A stretch of 64,000 nt of DNA from Candidatus Bathyarchaeota archaeon (GTDB lineage Archaea; Thermoproteota; Bathyarchaeia; Bathyarchaeales; Bathycorpusculaceae). Positions 1-10,124 of the stretch are shown here, one piece after another. Where the stretch lies: contig CAVYRJ010000017.1 in NCBI GenBank assembly GCA_963770935.1, positions 16,033-80,032 on the forward strand, read 5' to 3'. Every line of letters begins with the position of its first letter. Within the stretch, counting starts at the first letter, position 1. The notes below the pieces were generated by a model. That model saw only the letters and a program-made list of their open reading frames with translations, had not been told where the DNA came from and made no database searches. A program made the position numbers and the translations under genes.

Positions 1-584
1 TGCTTTTTGGTAAAGGCACTCTCATAACGTAGAGCATCTTTTGGCTGGAATTTACGAAGACACCCCTTCCTAAACAACAAAATAAACTCGCAATCAAGGG
101 TGACATAGGCATTTGGAGGAAGAAAACCTGATCCCAAAAAGGCACCTTTTCCCTTGTACATTGGTTTGGTTGTAGGTTTTTTCCACAAAATGTATGGGAG
201 CGTCGTGAAGCCGATTTTTTCACAGATCTCGGTGATTCGGCTGTGGTTTGGGAATAGTTGGAATTTGCCATTGATTCTTCGGGTTGCGTCACCGATGTTT
301 ATACATGCTATGCCACCGCCAACGAGGACACGGTAGGTTTCAGCCCAAACTTGTGCCAAGTTTTTATGCATGGTATCGTAAATTTGCCGAACGGTTTCGT
401 CACCACCGCTTGTGTATAACTTTTGGAACAATTCTGCAATCGTATTATCAGCCTTGGCAAAAAGATCATCCCACATTTGTATCATGGGGTAAGGCGGCGA
501 AGTCACCATTAACTGAACACTTTCGTCGGCGAGTTCGGACATTTGTTGGCTGTTGCCTAGAATGATTCTGTGTTGAGATTTCAT
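1..584 (-). CDS. Site-specific DNA methyltransferase, N4-cytosine type (runs off the window edge)
   Basis: Manual translation MKSQHRIILGNSQQMSELADESVQLMVTSPPYP...YRVLVGGGIACINIGD...YILWKKP. TSPPY is the amino-MTase catalytic motif. Not in the ORF track because no stop lies inside the window. Confidence 0.9.
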   Translation of the reverse strand, partial: MKSQHRIILGNSQQMSELADESVQLMVTSPPYPMIQMWDDLFAKADNTIAELFQKLYTSGGDETVRQIYDTMHKNLAQVWAETYRVLVGGGIACINIGDATRRINGKFQLFPNHSRITEICEKIGFTTLPYILWKKPTTKPMYKGKGAFLGSGFLPPNAYVTLDCEFILLFRKGCLRKFQPKDALRYESAFTKK

Positions 585-688
585 TGCCTGTATGTAGCAT
601 AGTTGGTCGTTTTTACTTTGCGGTAGATGGTAGACGGGAAATGATTAATAAGTCCGAACCCAGACCAATTTTGTATTGCAACGTGCAT

Positions 689-811
689 GCTACGGTAACC
701 AAGCTAGGTCAAAGGTGAAGGACTCAAGATCTCGACGCTTTGACTTAAGCGCCCAAATGGGAAATCCTTTCCCTCAGGGGTTCGCAGGTTCAAATCCTGC
801 CCGTAGCACCA
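689..811 (+). tRNA. tRNA-Leu(CAA) with a 35-nt intron at 37/38 (729-763) and encoded CCA
   Basis: Acceptor stem GCTACGG/CCGTAGC; anticodon arm AAGGA-CT-CAA-G[intron]A-TCCTT; long variable arm; T-arm GCAGG-TTCAAAT-CCTGC; BHB-like pairing of CTCA with TGGG followed by an AAA bulge. Confidence 0.93.
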
Positions 812-1145
812 TTCCAGATAAGCATCTTTACGTCTCCGCGGCTTTGCGAAGTATATCCTTAAGTTGCACCGTGAGAACCGATAACTGATGATTCTCAATA
901 TCTCCAACTGCTGATATATTGCCCATACAAAGAGCTTCTCTGGAAAGCAGCTGCTCAGGGTTTTCCCCGCAGGATATATTAACAGTCTTTGAAACCTCAG
1001 CTCCTGCAATCCTTTATGTTCCTATGATGAGCAAAAGAGACCAATGGTAAGTGTCTTGGCTAAATATAAGATCGAAAATTTGTTGTTGTGGAAAAGCAAT
1101 CACATATTCTTAAGAAAGAGATTCAACTAACATTTTTGATTTAAC

Positions 1146-1376
1146 ATGACAGAATCAGACCTACCCTACATTAAACAGCCAACGGAAATTCCTCCAGAAA
1201 CAAACGAGCTTACTCCACCTTCTCCAGATGTAAAAAACCCGTTGCCTAATCATGAACCCATTGAAAAGGAGGATACCGAGGCTTTCATTTGTCCTGTTTG
1301 TGGAAAATCTTTCAACACAAAAGCTGACCTTGATTCACATATGGTAAAGAACCATAGGCAAAAAAAGAAAGCCTAA
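1146..1376 (+). CDS. Small C2H2 zinc-finger protein
   Basis: FICPVCGKSFNTKADLDSHMVKNH motif. Confidence 0.8.
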   Translation: MTESDLPYIKQPTEIPPETNELTPPSPDVKNPLPNHEPIEKEDTEAFICPVCGKSFNTKADLDSHMVKNHRQKKKA

Positions 1377-1938
1377 GAACCAACGTAATTTGCTCCAAGA
1401 TAACGCGAGATCGTATAAAGGTATAAAGATCATTGGGTTCCTCTTTAGTTGCATGGGAAAAAGTTGAAGGTCAGCAAAGATGCAAAAACTGTGGACATTT
1501 ACTATTCTTAGAAGAGGAAAAATTAAAGCATAAGCAATCTAACCATAGCATGTATTGCCCATGCAGAAAACCACAAAGTCCTTGAGTCTTTGCAGGATAT
1601 AACCCGACTTAAATGAAACGCTCTATCTCTATCAGTAAGGGATTCACTTTCAGCCCTGCAAACATTTCTTATTCACTTCCCTACTTTGCTTTGCAGTTAG
1701 ACATGTTTTCTTTGGAAAAAAAATCGTTCAATCTTTTTAATTCCTTCTGAAGTGAAAGTTTGTATTTTTTTTTTCAACAACAGAAAAAAACCATCCAAAT
1801 ATAAGGCTGCTTACTCAACGTAAAATATAGCATTTTTTATGATTAAAAAACTCAACTGGGTTCCAAGCCCTAAACTGTTTGGACACACTAAAGAGCTATT
1901 AGAATTGTTGGGTTTTCAGAAATTTAGGAAGAGGAAAA

Positions 1939-2157
1939 ATGAAGAGGGAAAATGCCGTTGCTCTTGTTAAAGAGTTGGTTTATAATAATTTGATTCAGAC
2001 AAACTGGCTATCAATTGATAGAAGGAAAGTTGACGGTTATGAGTTAAGATTTAAAGGAAATTGCGAACTACCTGACCTATATATATTTCTTCAAAAACGA
2101 TATTTAGCGATGGAAAAGAACAAAGAAAAGGGTTTTGTCATTATTTTTAAACCTTGA
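1939..2157 (+). CDS. Hypothetical protein
   Basis: 72-aa ORF with a purine-rich leader. Confidence 0.55.
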   Translation: MKRENAVALVKELVYNNLIQTNWLSIDRRKVDGYELRFKGNCELPDLYIFLQKRYLAMEKNKEKGFVIIFKP

Positions 2158-2284
2158 CTTCTTTTTGTAACCGCACAGGGGGCATTTCAAAAACCATCTC
2201 ATTTTGATAAGACATTAATTTTTGGGGACAGCAAATTTCTTATATTAATTACCCTTATTCCAAGCAATTCAAGGTGTCTAGTAT

Positions 2285-2479
2285 TTGGTCGCCTGCCCAA
2301 AATGTGGAAATGTTGTTGCTAAACCAGAAAGAGAGCTAGAGAACTCCCTGTTTTATCTAGCTTGTTATATATGTGATAAATGCGGCAAACATTTCCTCGT
2401 TGATCACAAGCAATCCAGCGAGTTACATTGGGGTACAAACAAAGCAAAATTACGATTAGTCGCTAGAAAACTGAAATAA
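2285..2479 (+). CDS. Small zinc-ribbon protein
   Basis: CPKC...CDKC. Confidence 0.6.
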   Translation: MVACPKCGNVVAKPERELENSLFYLACYICDKCGKHFLVDHKQSSELHWGTNKAKLRLVARKLK

Positions 2480-2530
2480 AGTAAGAATTAATGAGAAAAA
2501 TAGGACCTACAAAGCTGTAGTTTTTCATCT

Positions 2531-2702
2531 CTACTCAAATTTTCCGCCGCACATTGGGCACTCTATCTTTATTGTGTTTGATGGTGTTGGAAGTTGGAGT
2601 GAGCAGTAGAAGCAGAAGTAGATTTTGCATTTTGGGGCAGCAGTGGAATCCGCCGCCTATGTATTTTCCGCAGGCATCACAGGGTCTAGACAAATCAACC
2701 AT
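2531..2702 (-). CDS. Small Cys-rich zinc-binding protein, one apparent frameshift
   Basis: MVDLSRPCDACGKYIGGGFHCCPK / CKIYFCFYC...IECPMCGGKFE after removing one A. Confidence 0.55.
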
Positions 2703-2856
2703 AAGAACACTGGTTAATTCTTAAAAGACTATAAAAAGCAAGACGCTGAAACGACTTGCACTCGTAATGGAGGGATAGTTAAAAGTGGAGACATTTAACT
2801 TTTTGATGGGAACAAGAGTTTTTAATAAAAAAAAGAGAAATGAGTTTATTTGGCTT

Positions 2857-5367
2857 TTATGGTCGTTTCCTAAGTAATAGAACTATTAACACAGCGCCTA
2901 TTATGGCAACAAAGATGAACAAGCCAGCGATAGCAGGAATAAAGTATAGGTCAGCTGCAGATTGTTGCAGAGCGTTGGTTGGTTGAGTAGTTGTTGCAGG
3001 TTGTTCAAATGACATGATGGTTTGTGCTGATGAGCTATAATATGAGTCGGTTCCATCGAATGTGGCAATTACCTTGTATGTTCCAGGGACATCGGGAGCG
3101 AAGGTGTATGAGTATTGTCCAGTCATGTCGCTTGTGGTTGTGCCTATAGTATATATGTTGTTGTTAGGGTCAATATACGATAATGTTACTGGAACGCCAG
3201 TTGCATTATCAGGTTTTGGCTGCTGCATATACAAGTATTCCATCCAAGCACTCATGCTTGTGTCAGAAATTGCTGGTGTGCCTGCGGCAGGTATCCCTAG
3301 GCATGTTTGGCCTGGAGATTGATCAGTGACTGTTCCTTTTATCAATATTTGAGCAGCGTCATTTATGAATGGTTCAGTTGTCACAGTGGTTGCGGTTTGC
3401 CCTTTGTTAAAGCAGTAAAGCTGATTGTCATACGCATTGAACGCTAATAAGTAGCCATCGTCAACCGGCATAGTGCCTTGATAGTATCCGTTTATACTCC
3501 AGACTTTCTCTCCTGTGTATGCGTCAAGAACGTACAAACTTGTCCCTCTGTAAAGTGGAGCACCATGCGAATTACCCGTACCTGCAATGACTTTTCCGTC
3601 GGCAACGGTATATAGATTGTTAGTTTCGAAAGGATAAGTGGTTAAGCCTGGGAAATTGGCTCCGCTTGATTCAGGATAGAAATCCCACATATTCTTTCCA
3701 TTTGTCATATTGTGTGCATGAATCCCGGCGATGGTCTGGTGGTAAAGAATGCCGTAAGCACTTTGCGCAAACACGTCGTCATTTGCGAGGGAGTCAAAAG
3801 GATTTGAATAGGCTGTTGACGGACCCCAAACTTTTTCACCTGTATAAACACTGTAGCCGCTCCAAGTCATTGTTCCTGAGTCAAATTCCGTGTAGACTTC
3901 ATTGGCGATGGCCCCCATCAAGCCCCAATTGTTATTGAAAGGAACTGTGCGATTTTGAACCCAGAGTTGAGCCCCTGTTTCCGTGCTGAAACCTTGCTCC
4001 ATTTGCCATGGGGAGATAGAGGAAGGACGTGCAACCGCTATCAATACGCCATTTTCTAAGTCTATCATGCCATTGCCACGTACATTTATTGTTTCGCCAG
4101 GATAGGCTTTTATTGTTACATTCCACTGTACGCCCTTGTTCCAGTCATACGGATTTACACTGAAGGATTGACCAGTGGTAGTGCCAGAATAAGGCCTCCA
4201 CTGCCATAAATTAGTAGATCTGCTCAGCAAACACTTTGATGAGTTCCACATAGCAAGCCAGCCATTTGCGCTGATAACATACATAAGCAGCTCACCACTT
4301 GGGCCTTCAACGAAGTTAGAACCGCCGGTCGCATTTGCAATCATAGCTACCATGTTTCCCGTGTTAGCATCATACATGTACCATGTACTGCCACTCACGT
4401 ACCATAAGTAGGGAATGGCCCCTTCTTGATTAGGGGAGTAGTAGTTGTATATTTGTCCAAGGGTGATGCCAAATGTATTGTTCTGATACCACAATGTTTT
4501 ACCTGTAGGCAAATCGACAGCGTAAAAGCCCATTCGCGGTGTCACTGGACTTTTATAGTAAAGCACTCCATTGATGATTACCACACCGTCAAAACATGGT
4601 TCATATGACTTCCCATTGTAATAGTTGTTTGTAGCACCATCACTGCCAAATCCGCCTCCAATCAAGCCTCCAGCTTCCAGCGGTTTTGTCCACACAATGT
4701 GAGCACTAGTAGGAACTGTAGTGTAAGGGTTGAAATTTCCATTCATCGTTCTAAGTCTGGTCAAACCTCCTGAGGCTAAACTGAGCCAGCCTCCGGAGAG
4801 AGTGTACCAATATTGGTTTTGAGCGTTTATTGGGTGTTGCCAGTAACTGGTTGGAAGCGGAACTTGTGGAGTTGCCCCTACTGGTTCATCCTGCACCGTA
4901 AACGTTGTCGTATAACTGCTTGGTCCATAATAACTGTCAACAGGTGCTCCAGTGCTGGTGGTTCCTATTACGTGGTTTCCAGGAAAAGTGAACTTCGCAG
5001 TGTAGTTGCCAACTTTATCGGGGGCGTATATGGTATTTGCGAATGAGTTATCAAAAGCCGTGAATGGCCCTAGAGTTTGCGTGGTTCCGTCGGGCTTGGT
5101 GATTAGCACAGTAAAGTTCTCAAAAGTTTTACCCAGGTAAGTGTTTGCTCTTGGGTCAAACTCAACTAGCCACATTTGAATTGTTACATGTTGACCAACC
5201 CCCACAGGATCTGGTGAAACGCTAATGTAGGCATGCGTAGGAATAGGCGAAGCGGCAGTTTGCGCATTTGCAAATGGAATAGTAACAAGTATTCCAGTAA
5301 TAGATAGCATCAGAGATAAAGCCAAAGCAATCATAATAGTCATAGTTTTATTTTTAGAATATTTCAT
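2857..5367 (-). CDS. Secreted, C-terminally anchored PQQ-like beta-propeller repeat protein
   Basis: Signal peptide, repeated (D/T)GK.LW blades, conserved AWMEYLYMQQ.KP.NATGVPV block, C-terminal TM helix followed by RKRP. Confidence 0.85.
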   Translation of the reverse strand: MKYSKNKTMTIMIALALSLMLSITGILVTIPFANAQTAASPIPTHAYISVSPDPVGVGQHVTIQMWLVEFDPRANTYLGKTFENFTVLITKPDGTTQTLGPFTAFDNSFANTIYAPDKVGNYTAKFTFPGNHVIGTTSTGAPVDSYYGPSSYTTTFTVQDEPVGATPQVPLPTSYWQHPINAQNQYWYTLSGGWLSLASGGLTRLRTMNGNFNPYTTVPTSAHIVWTKPLEAGGLIGGGFGSDGATNNYYNGKSYEPCFDGVVIINGVLYYKSPVTPRMGFYAVDLPTGKTLWYQNNTFGITLGQIYNYYSPNQEGAIPYLWYVSGSTWYMYDANTGNMVAMIANATGGSNFVEGPSGELLMYVISANGWLAMWNSSKCLLSRSTNLWQWRPYSGTTTGQSFSVNPYDWNKGVQWNVTIKAYPGETINVRGNGMIDLENGVLIAVARPSSISPWQMEQGFSTETGAQLWVQNRTVPFNNNWGLMGAIANEVYTEFDSGTMTWSGYSVYTGEKVWGPSTAYSNPFDSLANDDVFAQSAYGILYHQTIAGIHAHNMTNGKNMWDFYPESSGANFPGLTTYPFETNNLYTVADGKVIAGTGNSHGAPLYRGTSLYVLDAYTGEKVWSINGYYQGTMPVDDGYLLAFNAYDNQLYCFNKGQTATTVTTEPFINDAAQILIKGTVTDQSPGQTCLGIPAAGTPAISDTSMSAWMEYLYMQQPKPDNATGVPVTLSYIDPNNNIYTIGTTTSDMTGQYSYTFAPDVPGTYKVIATFDGTDSYYSSSAQTIMSFEQPATTTQPTNALQQSAADLYFIPAIAGLFIFVAIIGAVLIVLLLRKRP

Positions 5368-6099
5368 TTTTTTTCTTTTCCTATAATTGTGTTTTGCAAG
5401 GTAATCTTTTTAGAGGTTGCCCTGCCAACAAAAATCAGTATCTTTGCTAGAGGTATATTAGATTAATTGTTTTTGACAAGACGCCACGCTATAAGAAATA
5501 TGATTTTGATACCTCTACATCGTACCTTTCGGCGGTTTCCAGTGGGCAGAACTTGATCAAACAGCTAAAGATGGCAGAGGACAAGAACTAAGTGGCAGAC
5601 GAATTGATAAGAAGGAAATCTTATCTTTAACCCAAAATGCAAGTCATGACCAAAACAACCAGTCGGTTGTTACTAAGGAGATTATTAAAGAAAAAGAGGT
5701 AGTTACAAAAATTCGTTGCCGTTATTGTCACGGCTCTTACAATGAGATTTTAGATATATGTCCTCATTGCAGCGCGAAAAATTAAGAGCCAATTTCTACT
5801 TATTTAAGTGGAATATTGGTTGTTTTCTCTTTTATGTGTCGAATGTGAATGCGATGACAATACTGTTCTGAGAAAATCGGCTAAGTCCAAGGATTCGATT
5901 TCTGAACCCAATGTTGACAGGTTTTTAGTGATTTTAATGAAGTCTTAACTTGAAATCCAGCACCTACAGAAGAAGCGCCAAATGAGTTTCCATGTGAAGA
6001 AATTCTTGCGGAACGATTTTTCTCCTCACGATAAGTGAGTAAGTATTTTATGTGATTTCGAATGAAATTAGTGTAATACAAATAAAGGAGAAAAGAAAA

Positions 6100-8703
6100 A
6101 TGCAAATTTCTAAAAACAAAACTAAAGCTATTCTGATTGCTTTGTTTCTTATACTAACAATCACTGTTTTTACTACACCCAAAGCTGATGCTGCCCGAGA
6201 CTATTACACTACTTGGCTTTACGTTGCTACGAACCATCAAATTATAGGTGTCGGACAACAGATCCTTCTTGTCGCATGGACTGCGAGCATGCCGCCAGAC
6301 ATTGGGGAATCAAGTGGCCTGGTCGCTAGCCCCAATGGGAGAGCTGGATGGGATGGGATGACAGTCACAGTCACTAAACCGGATGGTACCAACGAAACCC
6401 TAGATTATCCACATTCCGATCCGGTTGGAGCGAATTGGGTTACTTATTCGCCTCTTGATGTTGGAAACTATTCCTTCCAAGCTTTCTTTCCTCCAACATG
6501 GAAGAACACCACTACAAATCAATACTATTATAGCTCAGCCGTCAGCAACATAGGTACATTTACCGCACAGCAGGAACCAATACAGCCATGGCAAGAGACG
6601 CCCCTTCCAACAGACTACTGGACTCGTCCACTATACTCTGCAAATCGAGGCTGGTATATCCTAGCAGGAGACTGGCTAGGCACCGCTAGTGGCGCACAGA
6701 ATGTCGGCCCGACTAGCCGTTTCGGCTACGGCAAAGGGCCAGAAAGCGCACACATAATGTGGACTAAACCCTATTACGCTGGAGGCATCATGGATGCACG
6801 ATTCGGCGATATTGGTTATCAAACAACACACTATCAAGGTCTTACTTTTGAACCAATAATCATCAACGGAAAAATCTACTACAACGCACGAGATACAGCA
6901 CACGGCTCACAAGGTTCTTATGCTGTTGACCTATACACAGGCGAAACACTATTTTATATCAACAAGACTCTGTCGTTTGGGCAGATTTACAACTATGACT
7001 CACCTAACCAGCATGGAGGATTCGCATACTTATGGCGAACTTCCGGAGCTACTATAAACAACCCTGGCGGTGTAAATGGCACGGTTTGGGAGATGCTAGA
7101 TGGAGTCACTGGCAACTCTATATGCAAGATAGCTAACGTCACTTCAGGTGGAACAGCTGTCTACGGCAAAGACGGAAGCATATTGCGCTACAACCTCGTC
7201 AACCTCGGAACCACCGCAGCGCCCAAGTATTACCTTCAGGTTTGGAATTCGTCAGCTACACCTTCTGAGCTTTTAGGTGATACGGGAACCAACTATTGGC
7301 AGTGGAGACCTGGAACTGGAGGAAGAGGTCAACTATTAGGCGGAGAATACGTTCATGACGGAAGCAAAGGTTTCTCGTTAAACGTGTCAATACCAAGTAT
7401 ATTGGCACCCACGAACACAAGGGCAAATCAAACGGGCACTATCCGAGCAGTACGTGAGGATGACTTGGTAATCATTGGAACTACGGGACTCAACGATGAA
7501 CGAGGGCTTGCTCCTGGTTGGCTCATGGCTGTCAGTCTGAAGCAAGGCCAAGAAGGGACAAAACTGTGGGACATAACCTACACGCCGCCCTCGTCAACAG
7601 GCAACAGAACTATAACCTTGGTCCACGTGGACCCAGACGATGGGGTCTTCCTCTTTTCGGACAGAATGGAAAGGCGATGGTATGGCTATAGCCTCGAAAC
7701 AGGGAAGTCAATATGGACAGGTGAACCAGAACCAGCATATCATTACTTTGGTATGAATAGCTTCATCTACCAAGGCATGCTCTTCTGCCAAGGCGACGGT
7801 ATGGCTGCCGGAGAATTAATTGCCTATAACGTCACAACAGGAACGGTCTTATGGAAATACACGCCTGCACAAGTCGGCTTTGAATCTCCTTACGGCAATT
7901 ATCCAATTAGCGTTACCTGCATTGCTGATGGAAAAATCTACTTGTCCTCAGGTGAGCACTCGCCGACTCAACCGCTGTGGCGAGGTTCATATCTACGATG
8001 TATCAACGTCTCAAATGGAGTGGAATTATGGAAAATATTACATTGGGCAGTTGTGCAGTCGGCTGGGCTAACACAGGGCATGGTAGTTCCCGGAGACGGC
8101 TACCTCGTAGGTCTCAATTTCTACGACAACCAAATATATTGCTACGGCAAGGGCCCAAGTGCCACCACGGTCGAAGCACCTATGACTGCTGCATCAGCCG
8201 GGTCTACTGTAATAATAGAAGGTACGGTGACTGATCAATCCTCAGGCGCTGTAAACTATGCGAGCAAATTCGGTCTTAAAAGCGGAGTTGCTGCTGTTTC
8301 CGATGCCAGCCAACAGGCATGGATGGAATACCTGTACATGCAACAAGCAAAGCCCACCAATGCAACCGGAGTTCCGGTAACGATAGACGCAATTGATCCA
8401 AACAGCAACTACATCCACATAGGCGACGCCACAACTGATGCAAGCGGCACCTTTGGCTACGCATGGATTACTCCAGACGTGCCTGGACAATACGTAATTA
8501 TCGCCACTTTCAAGGGATCCTCTTCCTACGGAAGTTCGTCTGCACAGACTTACGCGTACGTAGGAGAAGCCGAAGCTATAGCATCACCTTATCCAGAGGT
8601 TGTTTTGCCACCGACTGAAATGTACATTGTAGGCTCGACCATAGCCATAATCATAGCAATCGCTGTTGTTGGCGCTCTGCTAATGCTCAAAAGGCGACCA
8701 TAG
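6100..8703 (+). CDS. Secreted PQQ-like beta-propeller repeat protein, paralog of 2857-5367
   Basis: Same architecture and motifs; start MQISKNKT follows a GGAG leader; ends TM helix then KRRP. Confidence 0.85.
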   Translation: MQISKNKTKAILIALFLILTITVFTTPKADAARDYYTTWLYVATNHQIIGVGQQILLVAWTASMPPDIGESSGLVASPNGRAGWDGMTVTVTKPDGTNETLDYPHSDPVGANWVTYSPLDVGNYSFQAFFPPTWKNTTTNQYYYSSAVSNIGTFTAQQEPIQPWQETPLPTDYWTRPLYSANRGWYILAGDWLGTASGAQNVGPTSRFGYGKGPESAHIMWTKPYYAGGIMDARFGDIGYQTTHYQGLTFEPIIINGKIYYNARDTAHGSQGSYAVDLYTGETLFYINKTLSFGQIYNYDSPNQHGGFAYLWRTSGATINNPGGVNGTVWEMLDGVTGNSICKIANVTSGGTAVYGKDGSILRYNLVNLGTTAAPKYYLQVWNSSATPSELLGDTGTNYWQWRPGTGGRGQLLGGEYVHDGSKGFSLNVSIPSILAPTNTRANQTGTIRAVREDDLVIIGTTGLNDERGLAPGWLMAVSLKQGQEGTKLWDITYTPPSSTGNRTITLVHVDPDDGVFLFSDRMERRWYGYSLETGKSIWTGEPEPAYHYFGMNSFIYQGMLFCQGDGMAAGELIAYNVTTGTVLWKYTPAQVGFESPYGNYPISVTCIADGKIYLSSGEHSPTQPLWRGSYLRCINVSNGVELWKILHWAVVQSAGLTQGMVVPGDGYLVGLNFYDNQIYCYGKGPSATTVEAPMTAASAGSTVIIEGTVTDQSSGAVNYASKFGLKSGVAAVSDASQQAWMEYLYMQQAKPTNATGVPVTIDAIDPNSNYIHIGDATTDASGTFGYAWITPDVPGQYVIIATFKGSSSYGSSSAQTYAYVGEAEAIASPYPEVVLPPTEMYIVGSTIAIIIAIAVVGALLMLKRRP

Positions 8704-8718
8704 CTCAAAATCAGTTCC

Positions 8719-8735
8719 CCTTTTTTCTTTTTCTT
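8719..8735 (+). terminator. Oligo-T terminator
   Basis: T-rich tract about 16 nt after the stop at 8703. Confidence 0.5.
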
Positions 8736-8809
8736 AAGAAAGGTACTTTTTGAAGGCACAAATGCTAACTATATTCAAGCCCTAAATGGAACGTATTGCA
8801 GGGAAACCG

Positions 8810-9691
8810 TTATTCGGTTCGGCTGAGGCTACCTTGGATTTCGGAGTTTATTCTTGAATCGTTTCTACCTTTACTTGCATGTCCAAACCGGGCGACTTGC
8901 CAATTCTTCATGTTGCCTCTAATAATTTGAGGATTGCTCGTTAGTATATAGAATGGCATTTTTGTTTGTGAAGAGTAGAGTTCAGCGATGAAGTTTAGTA
9001 AACTTTTGCCTACGCCGATTCCTTGATAGTCTGGTAACACGACGAGGCGGCTGACTCTAGTATTTTGCTTTCATTCTTACGCAGGCAACAGCAATGAATG
9101 CAATGGGCTTGTCTTGATGGACTGGAGTATAACATCTTACTCCTGCACCTAAGGAGCCCGTTTAGATAGTGATATTGCCGAAACATCTTCCATAGGTTAT
9201 TGCCGCACCGATAGATTTTGAGTTCAACGGGCGGCCGACTTCTTTTTTTCGGCTAAACTCCATAGTGTCAGTGCAGAATACCCAGTCTGGTTCAAGCCAG
9301 TCGATAACGTCATAATGGCAAGTTACAGCTATGAATTTCTTGGAACTTCTGCGTACCGCTTTGCTGATGGCAAAGGCGCTAACTTTGGCGATCTCTCTAT
9401 CCACCCGAAAGTAAACTCGTCGAAAACCACTAATTGCTTATCCAAACAAAGTGCGCGGGCGATGTCTACACGCATCTTCTCTCCCTGACTTAAACAATCA
9501 TAGGCCTTCAACCAGTCTGGTGGAGAAGCAAAACCTAAGCCGCAAAGCATTTTTGTGATCACGCATGTTTCAAAGTGTTGGGGAAAGTCATCTAGAACGC
9601 ACTTGTTTTTGTATTTGAAGTCTCGTATGTAAGCGTCTGGAAAAAGCTGTTTGGCTATGCTGGTTTTGCCTGAGCCACTGCGTCCAACCAT
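8810..9691 (-). pseudogene. ABC-type ATPase / GNAT (Mom-like) acetyltransferase, disrupted
   Basis: GRSGSGKT (Walker A), LSQGEKMR (signature), VVFDEFT (Walker B), VTCHYD (H-loop), then WKMFRQYHYL...RVSRLVVLPDYQGIGVG (GNAT motif A). At least three frame breaks; the N-terminus appears truncated. Confidence 0.8.
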
Positions 9692-10015
9692 AGATCTTTC
9701 ATGAAGCTTTATGATGCTGACCGCTGCCATTTGACTCATTAACTGCTTTTTCTAAATCTGTTAAGTCTAAGAGGATACGGTTAGTAATAGAGTCAAACTT
9801 CTTTGGCTGTTGCCTTTTAAACTGAATAAACCGATAACGGTAACGCATGAGGCTGTTCCAGCTTTTCTTTTCTGTTGTGCTGCCATCCACAAGTAAGCTT
9901 GGGAGTTTGCGCTTAACTCTATCAGCATTTACCAAAAAAGAAAACCTCCTGAATAGTCATGGCAGATGGAAGAGAAAAAAGGGGAGAGTATAGTAAAAAT
10001 ACTCGTCTGGAGGGG

Positions 10016-10036
10016 CAAATCCTGCCCGTAGCACCA
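10016..10036 (+). repeat. attR-like copy of the tRNA-Leu 3' end
   Basis: 21/21 identity to 791-811. Confidence 0.85.
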
Positions 10037-10124
10037 ATTAAACCTCAAATTCCAAAGTCATTGGACAATCGAAGATCAATGTTTGCGAAAAACAAATAGA
10101 CTTGTTTAACAACTTATCTCTTAA

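Larger units (their letters stand above)
791..10036. mobile_element. Decayed integrated island at the tRNA-Leu 3' end
   Basis: CAAATCCTGCCCGTAGCACCA occurs exactly at 791-811 and 10016-10036. No integrase recognised inside. Confidence 0.75.

Noticed and set aside
154-1009. Short track ORFs overlapping the methyltransferase and tRNA, and similar antisense ORFs throughout the window
   Set aside because: They are shadow frames of better-supported genes and carry no recognisable motifs.
2175-2200. GGGGGCATTTCAAAAA resembling GGGGTCTTTTCAAAAA near 54044 as MITE ends or origin boxes
   Set aside because: The match is short and low-complexity, with no paired inverted end and no cdc6/orc1 gene nearby.
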